This document shows positions 1 through 16,410 of a stretch of DNA of 64,000 nt, piece after piece. Both the position numbers and the translations under genes were made by a program. The notes beneath the pieces were generated by a model that saw only the letters and a list, made by a program, of their open reading frames with translations, searched no databases and was not told where the DNA came from. The stretch comes from the human T2T-CHM13v2.0 reference genome, Homo sapiens: NCBI RefSeq assembly GCF_009914755.1, contig NC_060947.1; one strand, 5' to 3'. Within the stretch, counting starts at the first letter, position 1. Every line of letters starts with the position of its first letter.

Positions 1-490
1 ATACAATACATATAATACATATTTTAGTCATCTATCAGATAAATGATTTGCAAAAATTTTCTTCCATTTTGTGGGTTGTCTTTTTACTTTCTTGATGGTG
101 TCCTTTGAAGCATGAAAGCTTTTAATTTTGATGGAGTTTATTTATTGTTTTCTATTGTCACTTGTGTTTTTGGTGTCATATTTAAGAAACCATTGCCTAA
201 TCCAAGATCACAAAGATTTCACTTATGTTTTCTTCTAAGAGTTTTGTAGTTTTAGCTCCTATATGTCAGTCTTTGATTCATTTTGAGTTAATTTTTGTAC
301 GTGGTGTGAAGTAGGGGTACAACTTCATACTTTTGTATATGGATATCCACTTGTCTTAGCATCATGTTTTGAACAAACTGTTCTTTTCCTAATGAATTGT
401 TTTGGAACCCTTGTGCAAAACCAATTGACCTTATGTAAATGTAAGGGCTTATGTCTAGACTGTGTCAGTATCACACTGTCTTGATTTGTT
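1..490 (-). mobile_element. Old L1 (L1M) ORF2 fragment
   Basis: Typical antisense L1 text: gatttgcaaaaattttcttccattttgtgggttgtc, gttaatttttgtacgtggtgtgaagtagggg. Confidence 0.8.
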
Positions 491-559
491 TAATCTATTT
501 TTGAGGCAGACTTTCGCTCCCTGATCTAAAATTAAAATGTTTCACAATTGATGATGTCT

Positions 560-1110
560 TATATGCATCAAAACTTGCAGACTGGGTGTAAGTGGCTTGA
601 GAAAATATATTGGAGACTAAAGTGGGGCTGTTGGAGACTCATAGGAATCAAATAGTTAGAAGGTGGGGGAGTGAGAGAGGCAGTAAGTTGGATGCTTCCC
701 AGGTGTTTAGCAGCCATCCCAAAGTGGCAGTCAAAAATAGGCTAGCTTTACATAATTTCAAAGTTAGGTACTGATGGTTCCAGTTTCTTTTTATGGATTC
801 TTTTAAAAAGTGCTGTATCACCAAATGCTGTTGATGGCATAGAAGACAACACTGTGGAAAAATGTGGACATTGACCAGTCTGAGTCAAAAAGATGGACAG
901 ATATTCAGTTCTAAATGTGAGGAATTTTTAGGAAAACCTTGAGCAGTTAATTTTGCTTATTTCCCTTTCTATGTGTATATGAATGATAAATGAAAAGTCT
1001 AAAAGAGCTCCTTTAATAAGCCTGAGATAAATGCTAAGTCGTAGACTACTGCATCATATCTTATTTGGCTTTTTTTTAGTGCCACCTAAAATACTGGTGT
1101 TTTAGCTTTG
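560..1110 (+). mobile_element. Tigger/pogo-like (TcMar) DNA transposon remnant
   Basis: Near 800-850 it reads FKKCCIT/NAVDGIEDN across a frameshift, resembling the pogo transposase C-terminal FKKCGISNALDGxEDD motif. Confidence 0.55.
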
Positions 1111-1389
1111 AGATGCTCTTATCCTCCTGCTTCCAGCTCTATCTACACCTCAGAAGGAGCTGGGTCCTTTCCCAGAGTCTATTGTATAAATTAACCTTCT
1201 TCCTGTAGTCACTCTATGTCCATCTGTTTCCCAGCCACTTTAATTTTGTTCTTTTTCCTTTCTCTTGTGCTTGTAGATTTAAGTCTTAAAAACAAGCCAG
1301 GTATTATTGTTTATAGTGGAATTTTGAGTAGGAGTGGAGGTTAACCTGTACATCAATCTAGTAGGAATATTCATTCAATCACTCAAGGG

Positions 1390-2960
1390 ATGAGCTTATG
1401 GAAAAGTTACAAAAATAGTAGCATTCCTTTATATTCCTCACCCTGCTCCCTTAATGTTAACATTTTATATAAAGGATCAAGAATAGGAAATTAGTCTTGG
1501 TACAGTATTATTAACTAAACTACAGAGCTTATTTGAATTCCATCAGTTTTTCCACTGGTGGTCTATTTCTGTTCTAGGATCCTGTCCAGGATCCCATATT
1601 GCATTTAGTTATTATTTCTCCTTAGTCTCATCCAGTTTGTAATAATTTCTTAATCTTTAATGACACCTTTGAAGAGTACAGATCAATATTTTGTAGAATG
1701 TTCCTCAATTTGTATTTGTTTGATGCTTTCTTATGAATAAGGTTGTTCATTTTTGGCAAGAATATAATGATGCATATTTTTCAGTGTATCATATCAAGGA
1801 GTTCATGATGTTGATGTGTCTTGTTACTGGTGACATTTACCTTGATTCCTTGTTTAAATTGCTGTCTGCAGGGTTTCTCTACAGTAAAATTATTACTTTT
1901 TCTCTTTATGGTTAAAATATCTTGGGGGAGATGCTTTGAGACTAGGCAGATATCCTATTTATCCTCAAATTTTTGTCCATTGATTTTTTTCATTCTTTGG
2001 TGGATCACTCTGTATCATAGAGTATTTGTGACAAATATTTGATTAGCAGAAATAAAGCTATGCCCTACAAGAAGCAAAGATCAATTACATTGAAATCCTA
2101 TTGTATTGGTTAATATAACGCTAGCAGCTGTGTTCCTCAACTTTCAGGAGCTTAACACAACAGATGCTTTTCTTCTCAATATGGGCATTTCTGGTTGTGT
2201 AGGCAGTTTTCTGCCATGTTAATTCAAGTATCCAGACTAAACTTTTTATACTGAAGTAACTTCAAACTGACAGAAAATAGGGATGCAAGAATAGTACCAG
2301 GAAATCCTGTATACCCTTTACTAGATTTACTTAACATTTGCTACATGTGCCTTATGATTTTCTTTGTCTATTCATATATGTATATGTATTTTATATATAT
2401 TTTATATATCTGTATTTATATATTGATTGCCATATACTAAATCACTTGAGATTAAATCACATACATCATGTTCTTCTATGCCTTAATAGTTTAAACTTAA
2501 TATATTTATTTGTTTAAATCTAGTATACAGTTTCAGAATTGCTAACCCATATCTGTTTGAGAAACACTTTCACTAACTGGATTACAGCATTTATACAATT
2601 CTTTTATTCTTTAGTTTTGCAATATCTAGTCAAGATACGATTTTCCAGTTTCCCACTGAAGTATTAAGTTTGAAAACTGTACATAAGCACACTGTTATTC
2701 AAATTTAGGAAATTTAATATCAGTACTTTAGTATGCAGTCTGTATTCCAGTTTCATTAATTATCCCCAAAATGTTCTTCAGTGGAATATTTTTTTTCTCC
2801 TGATACAGTATCAAGTCCAGGATCATGTATTGAATTTATTTGTCATGACTTTTTAGTTTCCTTTGATCTGGAACAGATCTTATAAGCCTTTCTTTGTCTT
2901 TCATGACATCGACATTTTGAACAATGACAAATTTATGACATTGTTTTGTAGAATGTACCA
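1390..2960 (-). mobile_element. Degraded L1MC/ME 3'-end fragments
   Basis: Motifs ttctaggatcctgtccaggatcccatattgcatttagt and ttttgtagaatgt, both occurring twice. Confidence 0.6.
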
Positions 2961-2966
2961 AATTTG

Positions 2967-3300
<334 letters not shown>

Positions 3301-3323
3301 TTAGATTGAGATTATGCATTTTT

Positions 3324-4134
3324 AAAAAAACTTTTAGGTTCAGGGGTACATGTGCTGATTTGTTGTATAGGTAAATTCTTGTCACGGGGGTTTGTTGTAC
3401 AGATTATTTCATTACCCAGGTACTAAACCTAGTATGCAGTAGTTTTTTTTTTCTCTTCTCCCTCCTGCCACCCTCCATCCTCCAATAGGCCTCAGTGTCT
3501 GTTGTTCTTCTCTGTGTGTCCATGTGTTCTCATCACTTAGCTCCCACTTACAAGTGAGAACATGCAGTATTTGGTTTTCCGTTCCTGCATTAGTTTGCTT
3601 AGGATAATGGCCCCCAGCTCCATCCATGTTCCTGCAAAGGACATGAGCTCATTCTTTTTTATGGTTGTGTAGTATTCCATGGTGTATATGTACCACATTT
3701 TCTTTATCCAGTCTATCATTGATGGGCATTTAGGTTGATTTTATGTTTTTGCTATTGTGAATAGTGCTGCAATGAACATACGCTTGCATGTGTCTTTATG
3801 GTAGAATGATTTATATTCCTTTGGGTCTATACCCAGTAATGGGGTTGCTGGGTCGAATGGTATTTCCGTTTTTAGGTCTTTGAGGAATCGCCACTCTGTT
3901 TTCCACAATAGTTGAATTAATTTACACTCCTACCAGCAGTATGTAAGCATTCCTTTTTCTCTGCAACCTCACTGGCACCTGTTTCTTTTTGACTTTTTAG
4001 TAATAGCCATTCTTACTGATGTGAGATGTTATCTCATTGTGGTTTTGATTTGCATTTCTCTAATGATCAGTGATGTTGTGGTTTTTTTTTCATCTGCTCG
4101 TTAGCCACGTGTATGTCTTCTTTTGAAAAGTGTC
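3324..4134 (-). mobile_element. 5'-truncated L1PA (old primate, about L1PA13-16) 3' end
   Basis: ORF2 C-terminus WIKKMWYIYTMEYY...MFSLVSGS on the - strand; perfect 17-bp TSD tgagattatgcattttt at 3307-3323 and 4135-4151. Confidence 0.92.
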
Positions 4135-4509
4135 TGAGATTATGCATTTTTGTCTGGAATACTGCATAAGTGACATGTCCTTCTCAGGCAATGCATCAGG
4201 AGGCACATGATGTCTCAACCCCTCATTGGTGATTGTAATTTTGATCATTTGGTTAAATTACTGTTTGCTTAAGTGTTAACTATTTTTAGATATGACGTAT
4301 CAGAGTGATCAATACTGTGAAGCCTCTTACAACAGTGTTTAGATTGAAAAATTATGAGTGAAAAGCCTTTCACAGTCATTCGGATTGAATATGCCTAACA
4401 TGAAATCCAAACTGTTTCAACATTTCTTTCAAGTCATTTTCTACTATGGAAATAATAATGCATGATTTAGCCATGCCTGAGTTTTATTTCCTCACGCAGG
4501 CATTTATTT

Positions 4510-4725
4510 CTTTAAAAAATTTAATTTAAAGTTCACTATAAAACTTACCATTTTAACCATTTGAAGTGTACACTTCAGTGGCATTAAGTACATTCACAAT
4601 GTTGTGCAACCATCACTACCATCCATCTCCAGGACTTCTTTATCATCCCAAACATAAACCATATCTACTAAACAGTAACTCCCCAATTCCTTCTCCAGCC
4701 CCTGGTAACCTCATTTTATATGCCA
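4510..4725 (-). mobile_element. L1MB 3'-end fragment
   Basis: gtggcattaagtacattcacaatgttgtgcaaccatcactaccatccatctccagga. Confidence 0.75.
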
Positions 4726-6034
4726 TCACAATATTTTAGAATAAACGCCAACTTCCTGGGGTAAGATCATTTGACTTTTGCTCCCAGATCAGAACTATGA
4801 TAAAAATATTATTTGCTATATACTAACAGGGAAATTTCTGGATTTTGGCATGAGTTACTGTATTATAACTCTAAATCCTGGTAAGGGAAGCATTTTTATT
4901 CTGAAAGTAAACAAAAATAACCATTAGTATGATAATCTTTACCTCTGGGGGTGGGGTATTTTGGAGGGGGTGAGTACAAAGAGAGGTGAAATTATTCCTC
5001 TAGGGTGGCAGACCAGAGTTTAAATTGTTTCTTAGGTTTTTCATCTTGGTTGTCTACCAATTGGATATAGTCACTCAGATCATCCATGTTTTTGTACCTG
5101 GTTTGATAGGTATAAATACCTATAAATTGGAATAAATTCTAGCAATTAGAGGTCCATGTTCCTTGGTCTGTAAAGTGAATATAACAAAACTGACTTCTCT
5201 CCAAAGGGTGCTTTGAGACAAAACTATAAAACACTTTGGAGAGTAGAAGGGGGGTCCTTATTTTTAGTAACATTCCTCAGTGTTCTTCAAGAACTCACCT
5301 ACTGCCAATCATTCCTCTGAGTTAAGAATATATATTAGAACTAGTTTTAATAGCACTATAAACTATAGATAGCATGGCCATATGTCCCTGTTTGCCTGGA
5401 GCTGAATAAATTACAGGTTCAAAAATACTCAAATAATAAAATTGCCTAGGTGGTGACCCACCTAGTTTGTTGCTGTATGGTGTTGGGTATCTCTTTTTTT
5501 TCCTTGACAAATTTGAAAAGGCCTTGAAACCATGAGCAGATTCCTTGGTTCAGATGGTCTGTAATAGGAGACACCAGGACAAGCCTGAGTCTCCTGCTCT
5601 TGAAAGATTAGCATATTGATAGATTGCATACCCATTATCAGTTAGGTATCTGCCAAACCATTTGCAGCGTTTCTCTGGAGTTCATACAGTTGGGAAGACT
5701 TCCTAGAGGCAAGAGGTCTTTTACCTGAAGATTCAGCAGTTACTATAGGGGCCTTCTTTTGGCTTCTTGCTCTTGGGACACCTTTACTTGAATGAGGTAG
5801 TCTTTTGCCATTAGTGCCTGTGGGGCCTTAATGATTCCTATTGGGATGAGTTGGCCAGAAGTGAGGCTCTCCACTTCATGTTGAAACTAACTTCTGCCTG
5901 AGTATTAAGGATGGGTGATTCTGAGGTCCTGAGCCAGCTGGAAGGACTTTCATTCACTTTCTACTCTTGTCTGAAGAATGCTTAGGCTACCTTACTGTTA
6001 CTTCTCTGGTGGTACCAAAGGCCATGTAATGACA

Positions 6035-6670
<636 letters not shown>

Positions 6671-8419
6671 GAGTAGGGATGAAATGAAAGCCTCTATTCT
6701 AAATTCAGTTAAATACTGGTACAAATATTTAGTACTGGGATTGTGGGATCATTTTCTTATATCATAATTATAACCCAATCAGGGTAGAAAAGTGAAAGAA
6801 AGAAGGACACTTCATTTTCTTTGCTCTTTGTGTGGATGATGGGTTGTACAAATAGCAGGAGGTTCAACTTTTGGCTTGTTTTGGATTACTGAGTACTATC
6901 CTTCAGAAATGATTTCCTAATACTTTCCCGGCCATCTGGCATGAGCACAGAAGACCTTTTACTCAATAAAAGTAAGCTAATAATAATAAGTTGAAACATC
7001 TTGATAATAAATATATTTGTACAGCTTTTCAAATCCCAGGTTATTGAAATTCTGTCAGCCTTGGCTGGTTTCCATGCTCCTTCTGTGCCCTTGTGTTTCC
7101 TTTTTTTCTTTTTTTTTTTGTTGAGCCACTCCTGCTGACTTCCAAAGGATGCTCTGAGCTCTAAAAGGAGGAGCAGTTTTGCTGGCATGCAGAAGTGGTG
7201 AAGGTAAGGCTTGGATTCAATTACAGTAATCTCAGAAGTTCTTGGTAGAAGAGGGGCACAGAATCCCAGCCTCCATTTTGCAGGTAAGGAAGAAGAATTA
7301 TAAAAGGATAAAATGGCTTTTCTTAATGTCAGCATCTGATTCTTTACCTTCTTTCACCCTAGCAAAGATTGTTAACATAAAACAGATGTTCCTTGGACAA
7401 GAGAAAAGTAATAGAGCTGGATCTTTTCATGATCCTGCATTTATTATTTGTAGCACTGGATCTCTAAACTAGGAAAAGCAATGTCGATTCTAACTAGAAA
7501 TTATGGGGCATTTAATAACACGTGAGGCAAAATTATGAGGAAAGGCAAGAAACCAAGTGGCTCCTAGCTTCTAACACCTTATTTTCTATGGTGTAAGTTA
7601 ATGAATGATCCATTTTTAATGCCATAAAAAAGGAAATTTCCGATAGGCTTTACCTTAACTTCACGTTGCTGTTTATATTACAGACAAAATGCTAAAGTTA
7701 ACAAGTGTAAAATGCCCTAGGTCAGGGTTTCGAGTGCCCATAAGCAATTCTCTAGAATTATTTTGAGTGCTCAGATTATAGATTTGCCCCCATACCATAT
7801 ACTGTATTACCTATCACTGCAAGATTCTTTATAGGGTGTCAAGTATGTGGGAGGATTTAAACTAATTGTCTTAAATGCTTCATGGGATAGGAGATGATCC
7901 AATGGGAACTGAATGTTTTCAATTAGGATGTTTCCATGGATACTATTAAGCATGCCAAGATTCATAGCCACAGGAGATTTTTACTTACTTCAATATTGAT
8001 TAAGAAATCTGAGAACAATCTCAAGAAGTGTAGGATGTAGGCGGAGGATAAATTTTGAGGATAGTCTAAAATTTGCTTTCTCTTCCATAGTTAAGGCCTA
8101 GTCCAGAAAAAGTCTAGGCAGTCAGCCAAGTCTAACAGCAGGATTTATGTCAAGAGAATGTCCAGAATAAAAGTGAACATGGGTTGTTTCATTTACCCCA
8201 GGTGTATTTATTAACATTTATTTAATGTTACTTATTATTTGTTTATTACCATTAGCTTTCTTATGTACTCGGTACAAAGCATTAGAATTACAACCCTTTG
8301 TATCTTTGTTGTTTATGAGGAAAACATCCTAAATAGTGTCTACAGACATCTTAAAATTCACATTCCTCTGAGAAAGGTTTATCCCTTAGGTTATTACTTT
8401 TTTTTTTTTTTCCACACAT

Positions 8420-9422
<1,003 letters not shown>

Positions 9423-10389
9423 TTCCAAATGGAATGAAGATTAGAAGCACTATCATATGTTCATTTTCTGATCGCAGTTTAAGAAAGAGTTTCCTACTTA
9501 AGTGCTTTTCACAGAAAATCTAAACTTAAAGGTTAAAAGGGAATTCTTTTGTGCTGGCTCATGTGTGGGCCCTACAAAGTACTTTGCAGTCATATCTGAC
9601 TTTCGTTTGAGAGTTTGTCTTCAGAAATGGAAGAAGAAAAGGCATTCAGGTATATGACAGGTTGCATTCTGTAGAACATTGTTAAATCTATGGGAGGGGA
9701 GAAAAGTTCCATTCAGTGTCTTGTGGATTGTGGTAGGAGTCAGTTGTGTTCTTGCAGAAATTTCCCTAGACAGTGCCTCTTGCCTCCTCCTTTCTTGTCC
9801 CACAGTACTCCATGGAGCAGATGTGGGAACTTGGATGCCTGATGGGAATTGTAACCCCATGCTTTGCCTTATCCTGGTGGGGACTGATCTGAGGTTTATC
9901 CATTAAACTGTATCAGTTCATGGCTGGGAGTAGGAATGCAGAAAACACAAGCAAAATGACTGCAGGAAGGTTTAAATAAAATCTCATATGTGGCTTTTCC
10001 TTAACACATTATTTTGCAAAAAGTGGCAGAGTGAATTTGCTGTGATATGATAGGATCATTCTGGACTTTTACTTAATTTACGTGTTCTCTAGCAGAATGC
10101 TGAAGGAGCACACATAAGGAGTGGGGAGTTGGTATTTGGTTCTGTGACAAGTGCTATCTTATAACAGAAAAATACATATTTTTGTGAAACTTCAAATGCA
10201 TTTTTATTCCCCAGCACATCTGTGATTCTGGATCCACTACCTTCTTCCAAGTGTGATCAAGCACTGTACCTGACAGTATCGATTATCCTTACCCGTAGGC
10301 AAAAATTGTATTACATTTATTTTACAGTGATCTGGAAAAAAAAGGATGACAACAAAAACCAGACACACTTCATTTCTATTCCGGTAACA

Positions 10390-10960
10390 TTTTTTGGTAA
10401 TAATTTATTACTGTACAAGTCACACACCATATAAGTCACACATTTAAAGTGTCAAATTAAATGGTTTTTAGTATATTCACAGGATCGTGCCATCATCACA
10501 GTCAAATTTAGAACACTTATTACCCCCAACAAGAAACCTCATACGCTTTAGCAGTCACCCTCCATTGCCCCCCAGTTTTCTAACCCCAGGCCCTAACAAC
10601 CACTAACCTACTTTCTGTCTCTATGAATTTGCCTCTTCTGGCCATTTCATATAAATGGAATTACACATTTTGTAACCTTTTGTGACTGGCTTTTTTCACT
10701 TAGCATAATGTTTTTTAAGGTCTACCTATATTAGAGTATGTATCAGTACTTTATTCCTTTTTATGGCCAAATAATATTCCATTTTCTGGATATACCAGAT
10801 TTTGTTTATCCATTCATCTGTTGATGGACATTTGAGTTGTTTCCACTTTGTGCTATTATTATGAATAATGCTGCTATGAACATTCATGTTTACATCATGT
10901 ATACATTTTAATGTGGACATATGTTTTTAGTTATCTTGAGTATATACCTAGGAGTGGAAT
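10390..10960 (-). mobile_element. L1MB 3' UTR fragment
   Basis: catttcatataaatggaatt...tttatccattcatctgttgatggacatttgagttgtttccac...atacctaggagtggaat. Confidence 0.85.
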
Positions 10961-11530
10961 CATATATATATGTTTTTAAACCAAAATCAAATTTTAATGT
11001 TGCAGAATCCCTGAAGCACTTTTAGGAACTGTTCACTTCCATAGAACAGTTTGCAAATCAGTGTTAAAGTGGAGAGAGTGTTGATTTTTTTGTGCATGTA
11101 TTTGGTAGACATCGTTTGAATCTTGATTTTATAGGCTGTGTGAATTTTGTCAAGTTACCTGTGAACATCTTTCTTCTAGTATAGAATGTTAGTACCTCTG
11201 GATGTTTCACGAGTTGATAGACTGTATTATTGCTTGAAAAATTCACTGTCCATTTATTACCATCAACTTTGGCCACGGATTTGCTTTGGCTAGTGGCCTG
11301 TGAGGGGAAGTGATGTGTGCCTTCTTCCAGGCAGAAGCTGGTGGTTTGCCTCATCTCTTTTCCTTTCTGCCATGATGACCATTGATGTTCCAGTTGGACA
11401 CAGGCTCCATCAGCTTGTGTATCAGAATGAAAATGATGTGGGGCAGAGCCCTCATAGATTTTGTTGCATGAGTATGGAAAAAGTGTCATTTTAAGCCGTC
11501 AAGATTTGGTGACTATTTGATACTTTAGCA

Positions 11531-11740
11531 CAGTGGTCCTCAAGCAATGGCAGTTTTGCATTTCTCACACTGAGATATCTGGCAATGTCTGGAGACATTT
11601 TTTGGTTATCACACATGGGGAAGTGCTCTTGGCATTTAGTGGGCAGATGCTGCTAAGCATCCAACACTGCACAGGACAGCTCCCACAACAAAGAATTATC
11701 TGATCCAAAATGTCAATAGTGCTGAAGTTTAGAAACCCTG
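11531..11740 (+). mobile_element. MER20 (hAT-Charlie) inserted in the end of an MLT1 LTR (about 11170-11770)
   Basis: cagtggtcctcaa...ggcaatgtctggagacattttt...agaaaccctg; 8-bp TSD ctttagca/ctttagta. Confidence 0.85.
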
Positions 11741-11990
11741 CTTTAGTATAACCTAGTTTATCCTGGTTAAGATAGGGTGTTGAGAAGATTAAATGGAAAA
11801 AAAATATATAAAATACAGCACACAGGGTGGTCTTTTTTTGGTAATTATGTGACAGAGCTTGGCAATGGCTCTGAGGTCTTCCCTTGCATTTGTGGGTCTT
11901 TTCCAACTTCCCTAGGGTTCAGTATTCAGTTTAATTGTAGTTGTGTTTATAAATCAAGGCTCGTTTTTAGCAGAATCATATACCCTTTAA

Positions 11991-12406
<416 letters not shown>

Positions 12407-12614
12407 CTCCGTTTTGTTTTTGATGAAGACATTGAGGCACTGAAGTTAAGTAATTTGACCAAGATCACATGGCTTATAAGTGGTGGGCCTAGAATTCGAA
12501 GCACATCTGTTTGCCTCCAGAACCCTCTTCTTTCCACACTGCTATACTACCTCTTTAGCAGTGACTTTAACATAGAGAAATGAAGGTAATACCTGATTTC
12601 TAACAATTATGTGT

Positions 12615-13145
12615 TGTATTAGTTATCTATTGCTGTATAACAGGTTACCTCAAAACTTAGCACTTTAACACAACAAACAGTTATTGTCTGACATAGTTTT
12701 GAGAATCAGTAATTTAGGGGAAGCTAAGCTGGGTGGTTCTGGCTCAGGATCTCTATGGAGATTGCAAACAAGTTGTCTTCCAGGGCTGCAGCGATCTGAA
12801 GACCTGATTGGAGCAGGAAGATCCACTTCCATTGTGGTGCACTCACAGGGCTGTTGGTGGGAGGCCTCAGTTCCTCACCATGTGGGTCTCTCTTTAGGGT
12901 TGCTTGATTGTCATCATGACATGGCAGCTGGCCTCCTTCAGAGTGAGGGATCTCAGAGAGACAGCAAGGCAGAAGCCACAATATCTTTTGTGACCTAGCC
13001 TTAGAAGTCACAGATGATCACTTCTGCTCTTTTCTATTGGTCACATACACAACCCTGATATAATGTGGGAGAGGATGATACAAGGGCATCAAGAATACTA
13101 TGAGATGGAAATCACTGGGGGCCATCATGGAGGCTGGTTACTACA
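12615..13145 (-). mobile_element. MLT1 (F-like) LTR
   Basis: tgtattagttatctattgctg...aaaacttagc...gggccatcatggaggctggttactaca. Confidence 0.8.
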
Positions 13146-13273
13146 TGTTAATGATCCTCATTTGCCATAGTTACAAAATTATGAATTATATTTCCTTTTC
13201 ATATTCTAATATTCCAAACACCTGTTTTGTACTTTAAGATACTTAAATCATTTAGAATGTGAGTGAAAATACA

Positions 13274-13850
13274 AATTGGCTTTTGTAAACACTTACTGAA
13301 TGGGTAAAATAAAGGCCGTGGTACAGATACTTCATTGGGGAATTTTTTTTTTAAATAGGTTTGACTAGCTGAGGCTTCTTGAATCCTGAAAAGTTTGGTC
13401 TGATGTACTTTTTTTTTTTTCCTGGAAAATCTCCTTGTACCAAACACTGAATTCTTCATTTGCCAAAGTCCACCCAACTTTCTGATGTTTTTATTGCTGG
13501 TTTGATGTGCTTGAATGCCAGCCAGAGTATAAGGTGAATGGTAGATGCAAGGACTGTGCAGTTTCCACGGAGACTTCTTTCAGGAGCCCTTCATTTTTTC
13601 ATTCAGCTATTGCTGGGAGGCATCCCCTTCCAGTTAATGTGTGGTACACATCAATTTGAGTGGCTCTTAGAAAGGGGCTCAGTTTATACAAATTAAGAAT
13701 TGAGGTTTTTTTTTTCTCTGTATATCTTCAACGTTAAATTAGATTTCTATGAAACTTGAAGATGTTAACAGGAAATCTTCCTGAAACAGTTTAACTATAC
13801 TTTTGTTTATTACACTTGATTTTGAGCTTTTGGGAATAAAAGTAGGGTCC
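13274..13850 (+). repeat. Copy 1 of an old dispersed direct duplication (core 13485-13588)
   Basis: Aligns by eye to 20051-20090 plus 21030-21565; the core differs at 6 of 104 nt. Confidence 0.85.
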
Positions 13851-15349
13851 TGGCTAGGTACAGAGGTATATGGATTTACTGTGTCTAATCGTGCAACCAT
13901 GAAATAAACGTTTGCACTTCAGGAATCAACCCATCACTTTTTAACCACTGTTGTTTGCATTGGCTTAGAGCTTTGTGCTTCCTTCAACTATTTTCCTTTT
14001 TTCTTTCAAAACTGTGTTCAGTTGGTTGTGACCAATTTTACACAGAGACTGGCTCACTCACTTATGTTCTTGACTCCTGCTGTCCCAATATCATGCTTCA
14101 TTTACACAGGGATAGCTTTTCCTGGCTTTATCTGTTGACTTGACATCCTGTGCATCATATTTCTTTTCTTAGATATAGAGAAGACTGAAAAAAATCCACG
14201 ATTTGAAGAAAATTTACAAAAGTGCAGAGCAATGTGAAAGAGATAGCTTTAATTTTAATTTTCACTGTAGTCAGAATAGGTGGCCTCCTGATGGGCAGAC
14301 TTGCTTTCTCATTTTACTCTGTCCAGTGTAGATACCCAGATCAATCAAGGTCAAGCTGGTCTGGTCATTAATACAACTTTTGGTTTTAAACACAGCTGTG
14401 TACGGGGGTTCTTAGCATTATTAATAGAGGTTATAATGAAAACAAGGTATAGTCATACAGTTGTCTGTGTGGGTAGTGGCATGGAGGTGGAGTTGTTGCT
14501 TAAGATCTGAAAGTCAGGAAGCTGGAGGTTTTTGTAATTTTATTCATTATCAATCTTAAGAATTTATTTTGATCATTATAAATGCATGACTGGTGCTATT
14601 TTCCAATCCTGAGGTTTTTTGGGAAATTTTTTTGAAAAGAGGCCAGGATGAGGATAAAAATTAATTTTGAAAATCCATTTCAAAGACTCATTATGCTATG
14701 CTCCATCACTGCAATTTTAATGCAACTTATATATTGTGCTTTTACCTTTGGGACTAGCATTCTTAAAAGCTGACTTTTAATTTGGACTTTCTAATATGTG
14801 TCGGCTCTGTCAGCTCACGAGTGTGTTTTTATCTGTGCATCATGTTATATTGGGACCTGGGTGGAATGTAAATCTTTTACTGGCCTAAATCTGAGTCTAA
14901 TCCTCTGCATGGCTTTGGTAGAAAATCAATTTCCTCTGCTCTGTCAAGATTTTTCAGGTCAGTGCTCTTTGGAAGTTTCCCAGTTCTCTTAGATTAAAAT
15001 AGATTTTGTTTCTGTGCTACATACTGGTATTAGTTAGTAGGACACTGGGATCTAAAAGCAAGAGAACAGAGGCAGACAAGATATCCATGAGTTCTTCTAT
15101 TTCAGTTAACTTGTTGACACACTGCACCTTTGAGGAACCAAGGAGTTTGTGTGCTTTCAGGCATCATTTGGGGGAGCAATTGTAAATGACTCCTGTAGGT
15201 GAGGCTGTGCACTTAATTTTAATGAGTTCAGGTTCATTAAGTGACCTGCTCACTGGGTCATTAGAAGTGACCTCACTAGAAGTGAATGGTAAAGAGAAGA
15301 ACTACCTAAGTTCCACTCAGCTTGTTTCACTACTGTGGGGTATTGGAAG

Positions 15350-15462
15350 TAGAGTGACAACTTGGACTTTCTCAGTTTTAGCACTGAAAAGTCCCACATC
15401 CCAGGAACTTACTCAGTCCCCAGCAAACTAGGGGGAGCGGGGGATGGTTGGTCCCCCTAGCA
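15350..15462. mobile_element. MER81/MER94-like hAT MITE
   Basis: Internal palindrome ggactttctcagt...actgaaaagtccc and end gatggttggtccccct. Confidence 0.55.
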
Positions 15463-15511
15463 GTGAAAAGTAAGGGGATGGATGATTTGGAACTGGTTAG
15501 TACCCTTATAG

Positions 15512-15876
<365 letters not shown>

Positions 15877-16184
15877 TAGCACCTTGCTGCCCAGTGATGC
15901 TAGTAAATGAGTGACTCTACTTTGATTTGACAGAAGAAACAATGGAAAGAGGAGAGATGGAAGTTTTTCTACCTAAACTTCCTAAGAGGATGTGTTTAGG
16001 GGATGTGTTGGTAAAAAGTTATTAGCATTAATGTTTACCTGTATCTTTCTCATAGATAATGCAAAGACCTTTAACTCCACTTATCCCTCCTTTTAACTTA
16101 TGTTGTTATTGCCTTGTATTTTAATACTATATATTAAACTCTACAAGACATCATTATTTTATGCAGGCATTGTTTATTTAATCA

Positions 16185-16410
16185 GAGTTCAGTAAACTTT
16201 TTCTGTAAATGCCAGATGGTAAATATTTTAACCCCTGCAGGCCTTATAGTCTCTGTCACAACTACTCAACTCCACTCTTAATAGTGCCAAAATGGCTATA
16301 GACAATATGGAAATGATTGTGTGTACCCATGTTCCAATAAAATTTATTTACAGAAACAGACAGTGGGCCAGATTTGGCCTGCAGGCCTTACTTTGACAAC
16401 TCCTAATTTA
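16185..16410 (+). mobile_element. MER58A
   Basis: aaactttttctgtaaatgccagatggtaaatattttaa...gttccaataaaatttattta...gggccagatttggcc. Confidence 0.8.

Noticed and set aside
9781-9900. Strong acceptor ...tttcttgtcccacag| at 9805 as an unannotated exon
   Set aside because: There is no good donor within exon distance; likely a decoy site.
13485-13588. Duplicated core as a coding exon or snoRNA
   Set aside because: The frame open in copy 1 has TAG in copy 2 on both strands tested, and I found no clear C/D or H/ACA box arrangement.
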